Below, piece by piece: positions 25,032-37,166 of a stretch of 64,000 nt of DNA. Every line of letters starts with the position of its first letter. Position 1 is the stretch's first letter. The stretch is taken from contig MCFE01000104.1 in assembly GCA_002104905.1 (NCBI GenBank), forward strand, positions 107,031-171,030. Direction: 5' to 3'. The notes beneath the pieces were generated by a model that was not told where the DNA came from, made no database searches, and saw only the letters and a list, made by a program, of their open reading frames with translations. Source of the stretch: Basidiobolus meristosporus CBS 931.73 (taxonomy: Eukaryota > Fungi > Basidiobolomycota). A program made the translations under genes and the position numbers.

Positions 25032-25216
25032 CATACATCCACTTGAATGTCCAATGAGTGGTAGCGATCATAGGCGTGCTGAATTTGGGGGTAGTCCCTT
25101 GATTCATCGCACCCCCTCCTCGAGGAATCCGATTGAGGATCCGTTAAAAGCTATTCGATATTGAAAATGAATCGGCCTTTTACTCAAATCTTGCGTAGCG
25201 GCTAACAGAGCACAAC

Positions 25217-25899
25217 ATGAAGTATGTACATTGATTTATAGTTCGTATCTGTTGCAAAGTTGTGAACATCCATCTACAACAATGACTCGATGACTTTGTA
25301 GCGATGATAGGAGGGTTTTTCGAGGAATAACTGAACCATATATGCTAAACATGTTCCTTTACTTAGAATTGAAATCTGCTCCTTCTCCGGATACAAGATC
25401 TACCCTGGTCATGGTAGACTTTTCGTCCGCTCCGACAGCAAAGTACATATTCGTTTTTAGTAATTAGTTTGGAGTGTTTCGAGTAAAGAGCGTAGGGCCT
25501 AATGGTTGTATCCATCACGTTCAATAGGTCTTCCGTTTCGTTGACTCCAAGACCGAATCTCTCTTCCAACAACGTATGAACCCCCGTAAGATCAGTTGGA
25601 CTGTTGTCTACCGTCGTATGCACAAGAAGGGTATCACCGAGGAAGTTGCCAAGAAGAGAACCCGCCGTACTGTCAAGCACCAACGTGCTGTTGTCGGTGC
25701 CTCCTGGGAAGCCATCCGTGCCAAGCGTAACCAAAAGCCCGAAGTTCGTGCTGCCGCTCGCCAAGCCGCTATCCGTGATGCTAAGGATAAGAAGAAGGCC
25801 GAACAAACCAAGAAGAAGGAAGTTCGTGCTTCTCAGCCCAAGATCTCCAAGCAACAAGCCAAGGGAGCTCGCCCAGCTGTTGCTGCCAACAGCCGTTAA
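25217..25899 (+). CDS. RPL24: 60S ribosomal protein L24 (3 exons)
   Basis: MK|[25 protein letters not shown]|[22 protein letters not shown]. Confidence 0.96.
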
Positions 25900-26856
25900 G
25901 AGGAATCTTGAATATCATCAGCAGGAGAAATAAACTCTTTGTGCATTCATTCTAAATACAATCAGTACTAGCTATGCATTATACAAGGACATTGATTTCG
26001 GGCGAGCATCATTCGCTTCAATCATTTCGGATCAATATCAACACTGAGGCAGCCCACGCTCACGTAATACTGACCATTTCCAGGCTCTTCAACAATAGCT
26101 TGGCTTTGTTTGTAATATCCTATTAAAGCAGCATTTATAGGAAACATTGCATCATCTTTGCTAGCTCTCCCAATTACAAATCCTGCGTTGTCTATACAAC
26201 AAACCAACACTGATCAATTCGGGTGTTTGTAAAAACCGCCAAATCAGATCTAGTAAACACCAATCCCAAACCGTGCTTGTATGTGGGATATTTTCGGCCA
26301 GATTTGAGGGATTTTTTTTCGGAAATGGCTCCGCTGGCGTACACCAATTATCGACTTCAGGAATGTTCCTCAGCTTGGTCAGCCTTTTAATTTGCCAGTT
26401 ATTGGAAGTTCGATAATTCAGCAAGGCTTGTCGCTGATTGTATTAAGCAACGATTTTAGCGCGTTTGTGTTCTCGATCGTAAAAGAGGAGTTTGTTTGAC
26501 TTATCAAATAAGAGTATAATACATTTTTTAATAAATTAAGCAATACTCATCTGCTCATTGAGGGTGGGCGGATTTGAAGATCCTATTTGGTTTCATGATT
26601 TTCCATCACCTGGGGAAACCCATTGTTAATTATATTTGTGTCCGACCACCTTTGTTGGTCTGGTGTTGAATACTTTAAGGTAAGAATAAACGTTTGTTTG
26701 CCAAAGTTATTCAAAGTCCCTTGGTGGAGGATTGCATTCGGTTTCGTTTCCTCTCTGCACTTCGCTTATCCTAATTTTAATCTAGTCTTTTCCACGAGGG
26801 TTGAAGACTATTATCCGCTTTACTCTTGCGTGTTATCTCTAGTATTTTGATTTAGC

Positions 26857-28473
26857 ATGGACAGTTATTTTGAAGAAGAAAACAGTGCTGTCTTCACCAG
26901 AAAGCAACCTACTACCGCTCGGTACGCCGAAACCGAAACCCGTTCGGTAGATGGGCATTCCCAGTCATCTGGCGAAGGGACATCCGGAGTATCCAGACCT
27001 TCTTCGATTAAGGAATCTCCAACCTACCCACCAACTCGCCAATCCACACAAAGCAGCATCAGCTCCTCCTCATATCCCTCGCATGGCTCTGATCCTAGAC
27101 CAGACTATGGGGTTCAAAGTAATGCATATCCACCTCAGGCCGGACAAAGCTTTGGCGCCCAGAATTACCCACCGCAAAAGCCAAACAATTTTGGCGTACA
27201 AAACTATTCACATGGTTCTCCTTCCCCCTCTCTCAATGTTAACAAGTCTACACCCGAGCTGCCACACAACCTCTCTAATTATAGAGCAACTCGTTCCACC
27301 AGCAGCACCAACAACATAAGCACACTGGGCTCTCCTACTGCTTCAGTGGCTCATCTTCCACAAGGAAATACTCTCGAGCAATATCGAATCAATGCCAAGA
27401 AGAGCAATGACCCCAGTATACAATTTGACTTTGCCAAGTACTTGATCGAGACCGCTACTAATCTCGATGCTAGCGACAAGACCACTGAAAAGACCAAGAA
27501 GGCTCTTATGGCCGAGGCCCTGAAATGGATCAAGCGACTTGCCACTCAAGGAATGGGAATTGGCCGTCCTGCTTATCCTGAGGCACAGTTCTACTTGGCC
27601 AACTGCTACGGAACTGCTACCATGGGGCTTGCGGTTGATCACGAGAAGGCCTTCAATTTGTACGTACAAGCATCCAAGCAAAATCATCCAGCTGCCACTT
27701 ATCGTGCCGCCGTTTGTTACGAAGTTGGCGCCGGCACCAAGAGGGATTACAGTCGTGCAGTACAGTTCTTCCGTAAAGCGGCCATCCTTGGGGAGACCGC
27801 GGCCATGTACAAGTTGGGAATGACTTTGCTGAAGGGGCTCTTGAATCAAAACCAGAATCCCCGCGAGGCCATCACTTGGTTGAAACGTGCCGCTTCCAAC
27901 GCCGACACCGAGAATCCCCACGCTCTGCACGAGCTGGCTTTATGCTACGAGAAGGAAGGAATTCCTTCAATTATTCCTGACGAGTCTTACTCTCGAGAAT
28001 TATACACACAGGCTGCCCAGCTGGGCTACGCTCCTTCTCAATTCAAACTTGGCTCATGCTATGAATATGGTACATGCACGTGTCCTGTTGATCCCAGACG
28101 TTCTATTGCTTGGTACACTCGTGCCGCTGAGCAGGGCGATCCTGAGGCAGAGCTTGCGTTGTCCGGATGGTATCTCACTGGAGCTGATGGGATTCTAAAA
28201 CAAAGCGACACAGAAGCATATCTCTGGGCCAGAAAAGCCGCCGACAAGGGGCTTGCCAAGGCCGAGTATGCAGTGGGTTATTACTCTGAGGTTGGAATTG
28301 GAGTAAGACAAGATCTGAATGAGGCCAAGAAGTGGTATATGCGCGCAGCTGCCCAAGGGAACAAGCGAGCCATGCAGCGTCTATCCGAACTCAAGAAGTT
28401 TGGTGCCTCCGGAGGGCAAAAGCAAAAGATCTCGAGAGACAAGCAGGGCTCGGATGGCTGCGTGATTTGCTAA
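26857..28473 (+). CDS. Sel1-repeat chitin synthase activator (SKT5/CHS4-like)
   Basis: Disordered N-terminus, multiple SEL1 repeats (AQFYLANCY, AMYKLG, SQFKLGSCYEYG, AEYAVGYYSEVGIGV) and a C-terminal CaaX-like CVIC. Confidence 0.9.
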   Translation: MDSYFEEENSAVFTRKQPTTARYAETETRSVDGHSQSSGEGTSGVSRPSSIKESPTYPPTRQSTQSSISSSSYPSHGSDPRPDYGVQSNAYPPQAGQSFGAQNYPPQKPNNFGVQNYSHGSPSPSLNVNKSTPELPHNLSNYRATRSTSSTNNISTLGSPTASVAHLPQGNTLEQYRINAKKSNDPSIQFDFAKYLIETATNLDASDKTTEKTKKALMAEALKWIKRLATQGMGIGRPAYPEAQFYLANCYGTATMGLAVDHEKAFNLYVQASKQNHPAATYRAAVCYEVGAGTKRDYSRAVQFFRKAAILGETAAMYKLGMTLLKGLLNQNQNPREAITWLKRAASNADTENPHALHELALCYEKEGIPSIIPDESYSRELYTQAAQLGYAPSQFKLGSCYEYGTCTCPVDPRRSIAWYTRAAEQGDPEAELALSGWYLTGADGILKQSDTEAYLWARKAADKGLAKAEYAVGYYSEVGIGVRQDLNEAKKWYMRAAAQGNKRAMQRLSELKKFGASGGQKQKISRDKQGSDGCVIC

Positions 28474-28750
28474 ACTGTGAAGATGGGATCTTTTCGACTT
28501 CAACCCCCTCCCAATGTCATATTTTGGTCTTGACCAACCAACCGAAGGTACTAAGCTTTTCAGTGCAGTGCGTTCAAGTCAATTCTAATCCACATCCATT
28601 CGAGTTGTAATTATGGAATTCTCCACCTTGATTTTGGTAACCTCCCCTCTCAATTCTGTTGCTTCTTATCGCCACCACATTTTCATTATACAACCTCTTG
28701 AAAGCTTTCTTATTAGATTTCACCACTCTTTCGTTTCTAAATTTCCTTTC

Positions 28751-28781
28751 ATATATATATATATATATGTTATATATATAA
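28751..28781. repeat. (AT)n microsatellite, interrupted
   Basis: atatatatatatatatatgttatatatataa. Confidence 0.9.
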
Positions 28782-29232
28782 TTGTCGAGTTTCCGTTACA
28801 TTCCTTGATTTCGACTTCAAAGAAATGTTGCCTGTCTCCCGCCATGTCCAATCCTCTTCCCTGTGTCATAGTGATTATAGCTTCACCCATTAATATTTCC
28901 CATAAATGACCTTGGCATGAATAGCGTCGTTTGGGAGCATTTTGCTGTGTAGGATGTTACATTTCGCCAAGTGGTTACGGTTACAATAAACGGAATATCA
29001 ACAACTATCCTCAGTGATTAGTGGATGTGAGCGAATACGTTCATGTCTAGCTCTGGTGGTTTGGATGGCTCGAGGATCTCTAGCAAGTAAAAAACAAGGA
29101 CTAGACGATTTTTGAGTGATTTATTATCATGAATAGGATGAGCGAGGATGACAGATGGCGGTGGGGAATTCTTTGTAAAGTTTCTGTCAGTAAAAAGTAA
29201 GGTGACTCTCAGGAAAGTGCAGAAGAATGTGC

Positions 29233-29811
29233 TCACTAAATGTAACAAGGTCCGGTTAGTACTCGACAATGCGATTGAGGTGAATTGAAACAGCACTTAC
29301 ATAACCAACGGAAATAAGGTAATCAGCAAGGGCCTCAACAACCTTGGTGGCCTCTCCAGGGGCTGTGCCGTCACCGTAGGTACCGATGAGAATAGCTTGT
29401 CCAGTCTTGACGCAAACAACACCGCCGGCACCCTAGAAAAGGAAAGAGATAGACGGGTCAAACCTGGATTCGCAATATGGTTATCAAGAGACCAGCTTAC
29501 CTGTTTACCATAAATACTGCGTGGGTCAGCCCTCAAAGTAAAATATTTGGTACCACCGAGGTAAAGGCCGTTAGCACGAATGCCGGAAGGATCTTGGAAA
29601 GCTTGAGCAAGATCTTGGAACTCGTTTCCTTGAAGCTAAATACAATTGAACCTTGTTATTCGGAAAATTCCATCAAGCAGAGCCTGAACATAAAACTTAC
29701 AGCAAAGCCGGAGGAGGCGGCCCAAACACCACCTTGTACACCGTAGATGGCAGCCTGGGCGATGGAGCCAGTGCCAACTAAATTGCTATCGACGTAAGTC
29801 TGCCAAGACAT
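29233..29811 (-). CDS. PFY1: Profilin (4 exons; last coding exon is only the TGA)
   Basis: [24 protein letters not shown]...[20 protein letters not shown]|[31 protein letters not shown]. Not in the ORF track. Confidence 0.96.
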
Positions 29812-30559
29812 TTTGAAGTAAGAATATCCAAGGGAAAAGTTAAGAAATAACTAAGAGTTTCAAGCGAACGCTGGATTTCTCTTTATAAAAGTTGCCCAGC
29901 ACCAATTCAGTGATGGGGCTTGGCCCATATAGAAACGCTTCGAACTCGGGGATGACGAATGGCTTTCACCTGAATAATATCCAATTCATGAAAACAACCC
30001 CGATCCATTGGCTGATAATGGCGCATGAAAACTGATGCCATAATGTTAGCCTACGTAAGAATTTCAAATTCAGATCTCTAGCCAGACCTGCCAACAAACC
30101 TGGATTTCAAGAAGGCCATGGCTTTGTAGGCACTCAGCGAATCCCATGAGTCATCGTATTGTAGGCAAAATAGCCTGTATTACAAGAAATTGAGGTACTT
30201 CGATAGTCTGCTTGTCAATATAACTGTGGCACATTTGCTTCTATCTTGGTCCTTCTAGTCGTATTTAATCTCATCAGGAAGGGAGTGATTCGAGGACAGA
30301 CGTCATCACCGATTTGGTAGCATAATCTATGCAAGAGTTTAGGCAGAGAATATGCATATTTAGTCAGGAATGGCACTCCCCATCCTAAATTTGATGCTGA
30401 TTGTATCGTGAACAAATGGCTGCTTCATTAAAATAAACTCCACTGGACAGTAAGTTCAAGGGGACACTGCTTTCTACTTCCAGATACTCTCAAGTTTCTG
30501 CTTTCATTGATTGTGTATCGTGGGTGCCAAGCCTATTCGCCGATTCCTGACCACCGACC

Positions 30560-32122
30560 ATGAATATCTTTTTCAAGTCAAAAACCAAGAGTCCCCACGA
30601 GGTCGTTCGCACGCTGAAGGATGCTCTACAAAGGCTCGACACAGCAGACTGGAAAAGGGTCAGTGTGCAGGAGGATGCCATATACTTTGTACCTTGCAAT
30701 GTTCTAAGAGCGGATGAAAATGTCTAGGCTACTGAGGATGTCTCCAAGAATCTTCTCATCATGAAAAACATCCTATACGGAGAAGGAGGTACACGCACGC
30801 CCCTTTAATTTGTCTGTGTCCTCATTGCCTAAAGTATACAATACGTTGCGTTGAACTAGATCACGACCCAAGTGCCGAGCTTATTGCCCAGTTATCACAG
30901 GAGGTGTATTCCAACGACATCTTGTATCTGCTGATTTTGAAAATCTCAAAACTCGAGTTTGAGGTAATTCCAGCACTTTCTTGAGCATTTCGCTGAAGCG
31001 GACCAAGAGACCAACCAAACTTTGTTTCCCCACCCTCTCTTAGGCCAAGAAAGACGTCGCTCAGGTATTCAACAATCTTCTGCGACGCCAGATTGGCTCA
31101 CGACAGCCCACCATCGAGCACCTGTGTCAGAAAGAGAAAATCATTTTCATGCTCTTTGAGGGGTATTGCTACTAGAAGCTAGTTCTTGGCGCTCGTCGTT
31201 TACTTACTCCCTTTGCAACAGTTACGAGAACCATGACATCGCACTGAACTGTGGCATGATCCTGCGCGAATGTATCAAGTACGAGCCATTGGCGAAGATC
31301 TTGTTACTATCACCCCAATTCTTCAAATTCTTTGACTACGTGGAGATTGGTACCTTTGACGTAGCTAGCGACGCCTTCGCCACATTTAAGGTTTTGAGGG
31401 GTATTTTGGGAGTTGGACGAATAACGTGTACTTACTCTTACTTCAGGAGCTTCTCACTCGTCACAAACAACTGGTCGCCCCATTTTTAGAGAGTAATTAC
31501 GACACGGTAATGGCGAGGTATAATATCTGGAGTGAACCGATTTCTAATCCATCGATCCACGTAGTTCTTTGACAACTACACCAGACTTCTCAACTCCGAC
31601 AACTACATTACGCAGAGACAATCCCTCAAAGTATGCATGATACATACACTTACTCATGGCTTGGGCTGACCCTGGTGTTGCTTTTACTAGTTGTTGAGTG
31701 AGATTCTGTTAGATCGATCCAACTTCAACGTGATGACCAAGTACATCAGCTTCCCAGAGAATCTCAAACTAATGATGAATCTGTTGCGCAACCCAAGCAA
31801 GAACATTCAGTTTGAGGCCTTCCATGTGTTCAAGGTACCCATCATCGAGGAATCCATTGATACCCAAACCACTCTAAAGCGCCCTCTCCATAGGTGTTTG
31901 TGGCCAATCCCAACAAGACCGAGCCCATCGCGGAGATCCTGAAAAAGAACCGGGACAAATTGGTCATATTTTTGACGAATTTCCAGAATCAACGCCAAGG
32001 TGAGCTGAGTTACCGGATGGTCGGATTGGCCGAGACTAACATCGCTGTTCCATGTAGATGACGAGCAATTCAACGACGAGAAAACCTTTTTGTTGAAGCA
32101 AATCCAAGACTTACGAATCTGA
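30560..32122 (+). CDS. MO25/CAB39 (Hym1/Pmo25) scaffold protein, multi-exon
   Basis: [89 protein letters not shown]. Confidence 0.94.
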
Positions 32123-32717
32123 CGAGCTCGGCTCGATGACCTCCCCAAATGGTTTCCCGCTGCGATTCTCCTACTATATCCCTTGATTAAATCATTATTT
32201 GACTACTTCGTTCGACTATTCTTCCATTTTTTGCTCTCTTACACTCGTTCATCTTTCATTCGTTCTTGGGGCTTTCTAATCACCACAAATAAAGCCCGCA
32301 TTTCGTCCAGGCAGTCAGTTGTTTGATCCACTCGCCAGAAGTACAGCCAGCCTACTGTACTTCTCACACTAAGCCTACTCTTTTGATCGCGCTGATTGTC
32401 ATGCCAGGAGAAATATTTCGCCAAGCTAAATTAGTAAGCATTCTAATGCTGCTGATCTGGACTGTATCTCATCCAAACAATCAACATCTCGACAAGGTTT
32501 CCGTTAATCCAGAAATTGCCTAATCGGCTCGGAGAACTTTCCAGCGGTATTGGGAGATGAAGAGGGATGTGAAGGGATGATATCAGCACCATATATGGGA
32601 ATTCTGTCATGGATTGCTCTGTGTGGCCCCAGCAAGAATCTTATTCGAAGAGGGTTTATTCCTGGTATTGGTTGGGTGGATTGAATTATACATTGGAATC
32701 TATAAATTACATGCTCA

Positions 32718-34247
32718 TTAAATATTCAGTCTAGAAAAATCGCATTCCTTGAGAGGAACCAATTTGGTTTTGTGGACAATCTTGTAGCCGAAAAACAGTA
32801 TGAAGAAGCCAACCACCCCGATGTAATTGGCAACCAGATTCGTCCACTTGAATGGCTTTTGGATGACGATGAAGTAAGCTTGGCCGAAAATGACTAGGAC
32901 ACAGAAAACGCATGCTAGGATAGGTCCAAATGGATAAAGCTTGGCTCGATATGGGAGTTCGCTGAGACTCTTCCCTTGGGCAAGGAATGCGCGGCGGAAT
33001 CTCCAATGATTGAAAGCGATGCCGAACCAGGCAACGAAACCGGCCACTCCGGATGACGAGAGGAGCCAGTTGTACACAACTTTGTCTCCGAACAGGGAGG
33101 AGAGGAAGGTGAGGGAGGAGAACAGGCAGGTGAAGAGAAGCGCGTTGATGGGGATTCCGTTCTTGGTGACCTTGCGTAGGAACCTGGGCGCCTTCTTCTC
33201 GTTAGCCAAAACCCACAGCGTTCTCGAGGCTGCGTAGACACCGGAGTTGCCTGCGGAGAGAATAGTCGTCAAAATGACGGCGTTCATGATGTCCGGGGCC
33301 GGTCCCAAGCCAGCCAACTTGAAGCACAAGGTGAATGGACTCTGGGCAACAGCATTGGGGTCGTTTTCACTGGCCTCCATCAACGATGGGTCGTTGTAGG
33401 GGATGAGCAGACCGATCACGAAGATGGCCAAGATGTAGAAAAGAAGGATTCTCCAGAAGATTTGCCTTACAGCCTTGGGGATGTTCTTCTCAGGGTTACT
33501 GCTCTCGCCAGCAGTGACACCAACCATCTCAGATCCTTGGAATGAGAACCCGGCGACCAAAAATACGCTGATCACCCCGCCGAACCCGTCAACAAACGGA
33601 GCAGCGCCAACGGTGAAGTTGCTGAAGCCGTACTTGTGACCACCCAGTACACCGCCGGCAACCAAGCAACCAATGATCACAAAGATAATCACGGTGACGA
33701 CCTTGATCATAGAGAACCAGTATTCAGATTCGCCGTATCCCTTGACTGATATGCAATTCAAGCCCATGATGATGACCAGGATGATCAAACTCCAGATGAA
33801 CGAAGGGACATGTGGTAGCCAGTAACTGACGATGACTGACGAGGCGGAAAGCTCTACTGCGATTGTGGTGGTCCAGACGTACCAGTAATTCCATCCTAAT
33901 GCGAACCCAAAGGCTGGGTCGACGAAGCGACTGCCGTACGTATTGAACGAACCTGATACCGGCATGTACGTGGCCATCTCGCCAAGACTTGTCATTAGGA
34001 AGTAAACCATGACTCCAACCAACCCATATGATACCAAGGCTCCACCGGGGCCTGCTTGTGCAATGGAGTTACCACTAGCCAGGAACAACCCAGTGCCAAT
34101 GGTTCCACCGATGGTGATCATGGACAAATGGCGAGCCTTTAGGTGTCTTGGCAAGGCTTCTTCTTTCACTTCGGTCATTGACCCTTTCTCTATCTCGTGT
34201 GTGACCTCATTGTCCACCTTGGGTAGAGGTCGAAGTTCGTGATCCAT
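32718..34247 (-). CDS. APC-superfamily amino-acid permease, strongly LysP-like, intronless
   Basis: RHLSMITIGGTIGTGLF, MVYFLMTSLGEMATYMPVSGSF, GFALGWNYW, GFSFQGSEMVGVTAGES; about 12 hydrophobic segments. Confidence 0.93.
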   Translation of the reverse strand: MDHELRPLPKVDNEVTHEIEKGSMTEVKEEALPRHLKARHLSMITIGGTIGTGLFLASGNSIAQAGPGGALVSYGLVGVMVYFLMTSLGEMATYMPVSGSFNTYGSRFVDPAFGFALGWNYWYVWTTTIAVELSASSVIVSYWLPHVPSFIWSLIILVIIMGLNCISVKGYGESEYWFSMIKVVTVIIFVIIGCLVAGGVLGGHKYGFSNFTVGAAPFVDGFGGVISVFLVAGFSFQGSEMVGVTAGESSNPEKNIPKAVRQIFWRILLFYILAIFVIGLLIPYNDPSLMEASENDPNAVAQSPFTLCFKLAGLGPAPDIMNAVILTTILSAGNSGVYAASRTLWVLANEKKAPRFLRKVTKNGIPINALLFTCLFSSLTFLSSLFGDKVVYNWLLSSSGVAGFVAWFGIAFNHWRFRRAFLAQGKSLSELPYRAKLYPFGPILACVFCVLVIFGQAYFIVIQKPFKWTNLVANYIGVVGFFILFFGYKIVHKTKLVPLKECDFSRLNI

Positions 34248-35330
34248 GGTTTATATGAAATGTACAGTTAGGTATGCTGGGTGCGTGGCGAAAGGTTGTG
34301 AGGAAAGTAATCGCAAAGTAGGATAGATCTACCCGAGCAATGAGTCGTGGACTATGGGAGCAATAAACGATGGTGTATGTTGAAGTGCAGACTTCTGCGC
34401 AATCGGCCGGCTTATATAGGGATTTCTTGCGGGTTATCGCCATTCAATCGAATCAATATATTTGTCCATTAATTTGAAATAAGCTACAACGAGGGCCAAT
34501 GAGCATAATAGCAACGCTTACCTGGGTATATCTAGCCTCCTGGGTACGAAAACGGTTTCCATTTGCTCGATGGATTGCCATCGAGTAATCCACCTGAAAA
34601 ACCATGGAATTCCTAACTGATTACGGGCTCCAGAGCATGACTCGCTCTTCTGTGCGGGCCAAAGGGCGTGCGAAGGGTCGTAGAGAAGTGAGCCACGCCT
34701 GCGTTTTTCCCAAACCTCTCTTTGCTAGCAGTTAAGGTTTAGCACTAAAAGTTGGAACGAATTTACGATGGTTGTCACACAAAGCTAATTGGTGTCATGG
34801 ATTCAGAAAAATTCCACCGACCATATCAAGCGTCTTATCTCGCCCCTTGATTCGCTTCCGCCGATGAACTCCAAGATACTCGGTACCCATTGGTCATCCC
34901 GAATGGATTTTCTGCACACAAATTGCCGAACTTGGTAAATTTCCTAGTGACTCATGCTCACTAACCAACGGTTCTGAGCCAGAAGATCGTTGCTTTCCAA
35001 TCTGCGAAATTTGTACACAGACACGGGGGAAGTTTGTCGATCGTGGAAAAATGCGGCACTTGTATCCCATCACATGGCGGAATCAGGAGTGGCAGCCAAC
35101 TTTTTTGTCGGTAAAGTGGTGTGTTCCAAGTGGGCGCCAAAAACATCGAATAAAGTTTACCAATTCGCAGTGCCAATTTTGGAAGGGCCTGAAGTTATTA
35201 TGCAAGATGGTTGTTTTAATGGGGTGAGTTGGGTTGGAATGCCTTATTGTATCTATCGTACATATTATGGAATATTTACATTGGAAGATGGTGCAAGTGA
35301 CGTACGGGAAGATGAGTTACTAGGTTATTG

Positions 35331-36731
35331 CTACGTTGGCGTGAGAAAAGGTGATATCGCGATGTAAGTGCCTACTTTGGGTTGGATCTTGCTCAAGAGC
35401 ATTTCTTCGTACAGTTGCCTCCCTTCAGGCCCATGCCCCATCCTTACATAGCCTTGGATGAGGATGTCATAGGCCACTCTATCTGGCTTGATGCCACGTA
35501 CCTTCATCAGCTCGAATAGTTCCCGGGCTTCGCGGAGGTTTCCGGCTTTTGCAAGGGCATCAATTAGCACAGAGTAGGTGACCACCGACGGTTCAAGATG
35601 CTCTTTTTGCATTTCATCCAGGATAGCACGTGATGCTCGAATGTCGGAAGAAGCACATATCAAGGCATGAATCAGTACGGTGTATGCACGGAGGTCGAAG
35701 GGTACTTTGTTTCGGCGCATTGTTTGGTAGATTTCTAGTAGCTTTTCGGCGTCTGAGCGGTCACCGTAGAACTTCATAAGCGCTGTTAACAAGATCGTAT
35801 CTGGCTTGAGGTTTCGAGCCAATATTTCGTGATAAAGTTGATTGACGCTCAGTGGATCCCCTGACTTGATGAATCCCTTGATCAAGCTCGAGTAGGTAAT
35901 GATGTTGGGTTGGATATCCTTACTAATCATCTCACTCAGGGTTTTCTTGGCCAGTACGGTATCACCTATGTTGGCATAGGCATTGACGAGTATGTTGTAG
36001 TATTTCAAGGTCGGCGTCAACCCAGTATTCAGAAATTCGTGATGTAAGGAGGTGATAATAGATGTATCCTGAAGCTTCCCTTGTTTCATCAGAGCGATAA
36101 AGGTGTCGACATCGGGCACAAATGAAATCTCGCGAGCTTTGTTGAATACTTTCAGAGCGTAGTCACACTCCTGGCTAGCCAGTAAGCTTAGCGCGCTATT
36201 GAAAATCATTATAGCGGGAAGCATTCTTTTACGTAACATCTCATTCATAATAGACTTCACCCTCGTTGCATCCTTCAAGCTGCTGAAGATTCGCAATAAG
36301 CAAGAATATTTCTGAGTCGAGGCCAAGCTAGGAACGCAGGAGCCTAGTATATTGTGTAATAAATCCAGCCGGGCGTTTCTCTCGAGTGCGGAAGCCGATT
36401 TCCAGGTAAACAAGCGGGCAATCTGCTCAAAATCCTTGACAGCGACAAGCTCGCCGCTTCGTGTTTCCATCAAATTCGAAATGGATTTCGACAAGACGGA
36501 TAAGTCCTTTGTTTTCAAACCGCATTGTAGCTCATTCAGCTCAAACGCTTCTACCAACCAGCGATGGTTTTGGGCGGCATTTCGGTTGTCGGGCAGCACG
36601 GGAGCTCTAGAAGTATTGCGGGCGGTTGTGTTTGGAGTCGCGGAGCGAAGACGAGTGTGAATCCGCCTGAACAGGTGCGGGGTGGAAAGAATACGTCTGA
36701 AAGCCGGCACATAGGTAGGCCGAAAAATCAT
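35331..36731 (-). CDS. Pentatricopeptide-repeat protein (probable mitochondrial)
   Basis: 35-aa repeats (PNIITYSSLIKGF, PDTILLTALM, PSVVTYSVLIDAL, PDRVAYDILIQGY); Arg-rich N-terminus. Confidence 0.9.
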   Translation of the reverse strand: MIFRPTYVPAFRRILSTPHLFRRIHTRLRSATPNTTARNTSRAPVLPDNRNAAQNHRWLVEAFELNELQCGLKTKDLSVLSKSISNLMETRSGELVAVKDFEQIARLFTWKSASALERNARLDLLHNILGSCVPSLASTQKYSCLLRIFSSLKDATRVKSIMNEMLRKRMLPAIMIFNSALSLLASQECDYALKVFNKAREISFVPDVDTFIALMKQGKLQDTSIITSLHHEFLNTGLTPTLKYYNILVNAYANIGDTVLAKKTLSEMISKDIQPNIITYSSLIKGFIKSGDPLSVNQLYHEILARNLKPDTILLTALMKFYGDRSDAEKLLEIYQTMRRNKVPFDLRAYTVLIHALICASSDIRASRAILDEMQKEHLEPSVVTYSVLIDALAKAGNLREARELFELMKVRGIKPDRVAYDILIQGYVRMGHGPEGRQLYEEMLLSKIQPKVGTYIAISPFLTPT

Positions 36732-37166
36732 ACTCGTGGGTCTGAAAGTGGATTTCTGCCATTAACCACACTTGTCTTTAATCATAGTATTTCAATCCCC
36801 ACAACAATTTTTGAAAAATTATTGCGTGATTCTATTGCAGTACCCTCACCATTCATGATTTCGTACGATGCATTACAAAATTCAACACTGAGGGGGCCCC
36901 AATCAACCATGCAATAAGCCTCCAGAATTACCATGATTTCGAAATTTTCAAGATCCCCAAAAAATTTCCTACTACCATGTAGAGAATTTTTGCTGCGTTG
37001 ATGTTACTCCTTGCGTAAATCCGACAGTTTAGAAGGTAGATATTATTGCGAGCCGAGTTATTCTAGACTTGAGATATTTCTAGAATACTTCGTAGAATAA
37101 AAGCCTCCACCTATTTCACGACAACGGACAGTGTTTCAAACGAACAAGACATTTTACTTATGTAAA

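Noticed and set aside
24991-25081. Possible C/D snoRNA (ATGATGA ... CTGA)
   Set aside because: The C-like box arises in one copy of a tandem duplication. I see no terminal stem and no recognisable rRNA/snRNA guide.
26022-26424. Two short adjacent minus-strand ORFs between RPL24 and SKT5
   Set aside because: No recognisable motif or convincing splice model; could be a small gene but is unsupported.
34990-35367. 125-aa + strand ORF overlapping the end of the PPR gene
   Set aside because: It has a TTG start and no family features, and it overlaps a well-supported opposite-strand gene.
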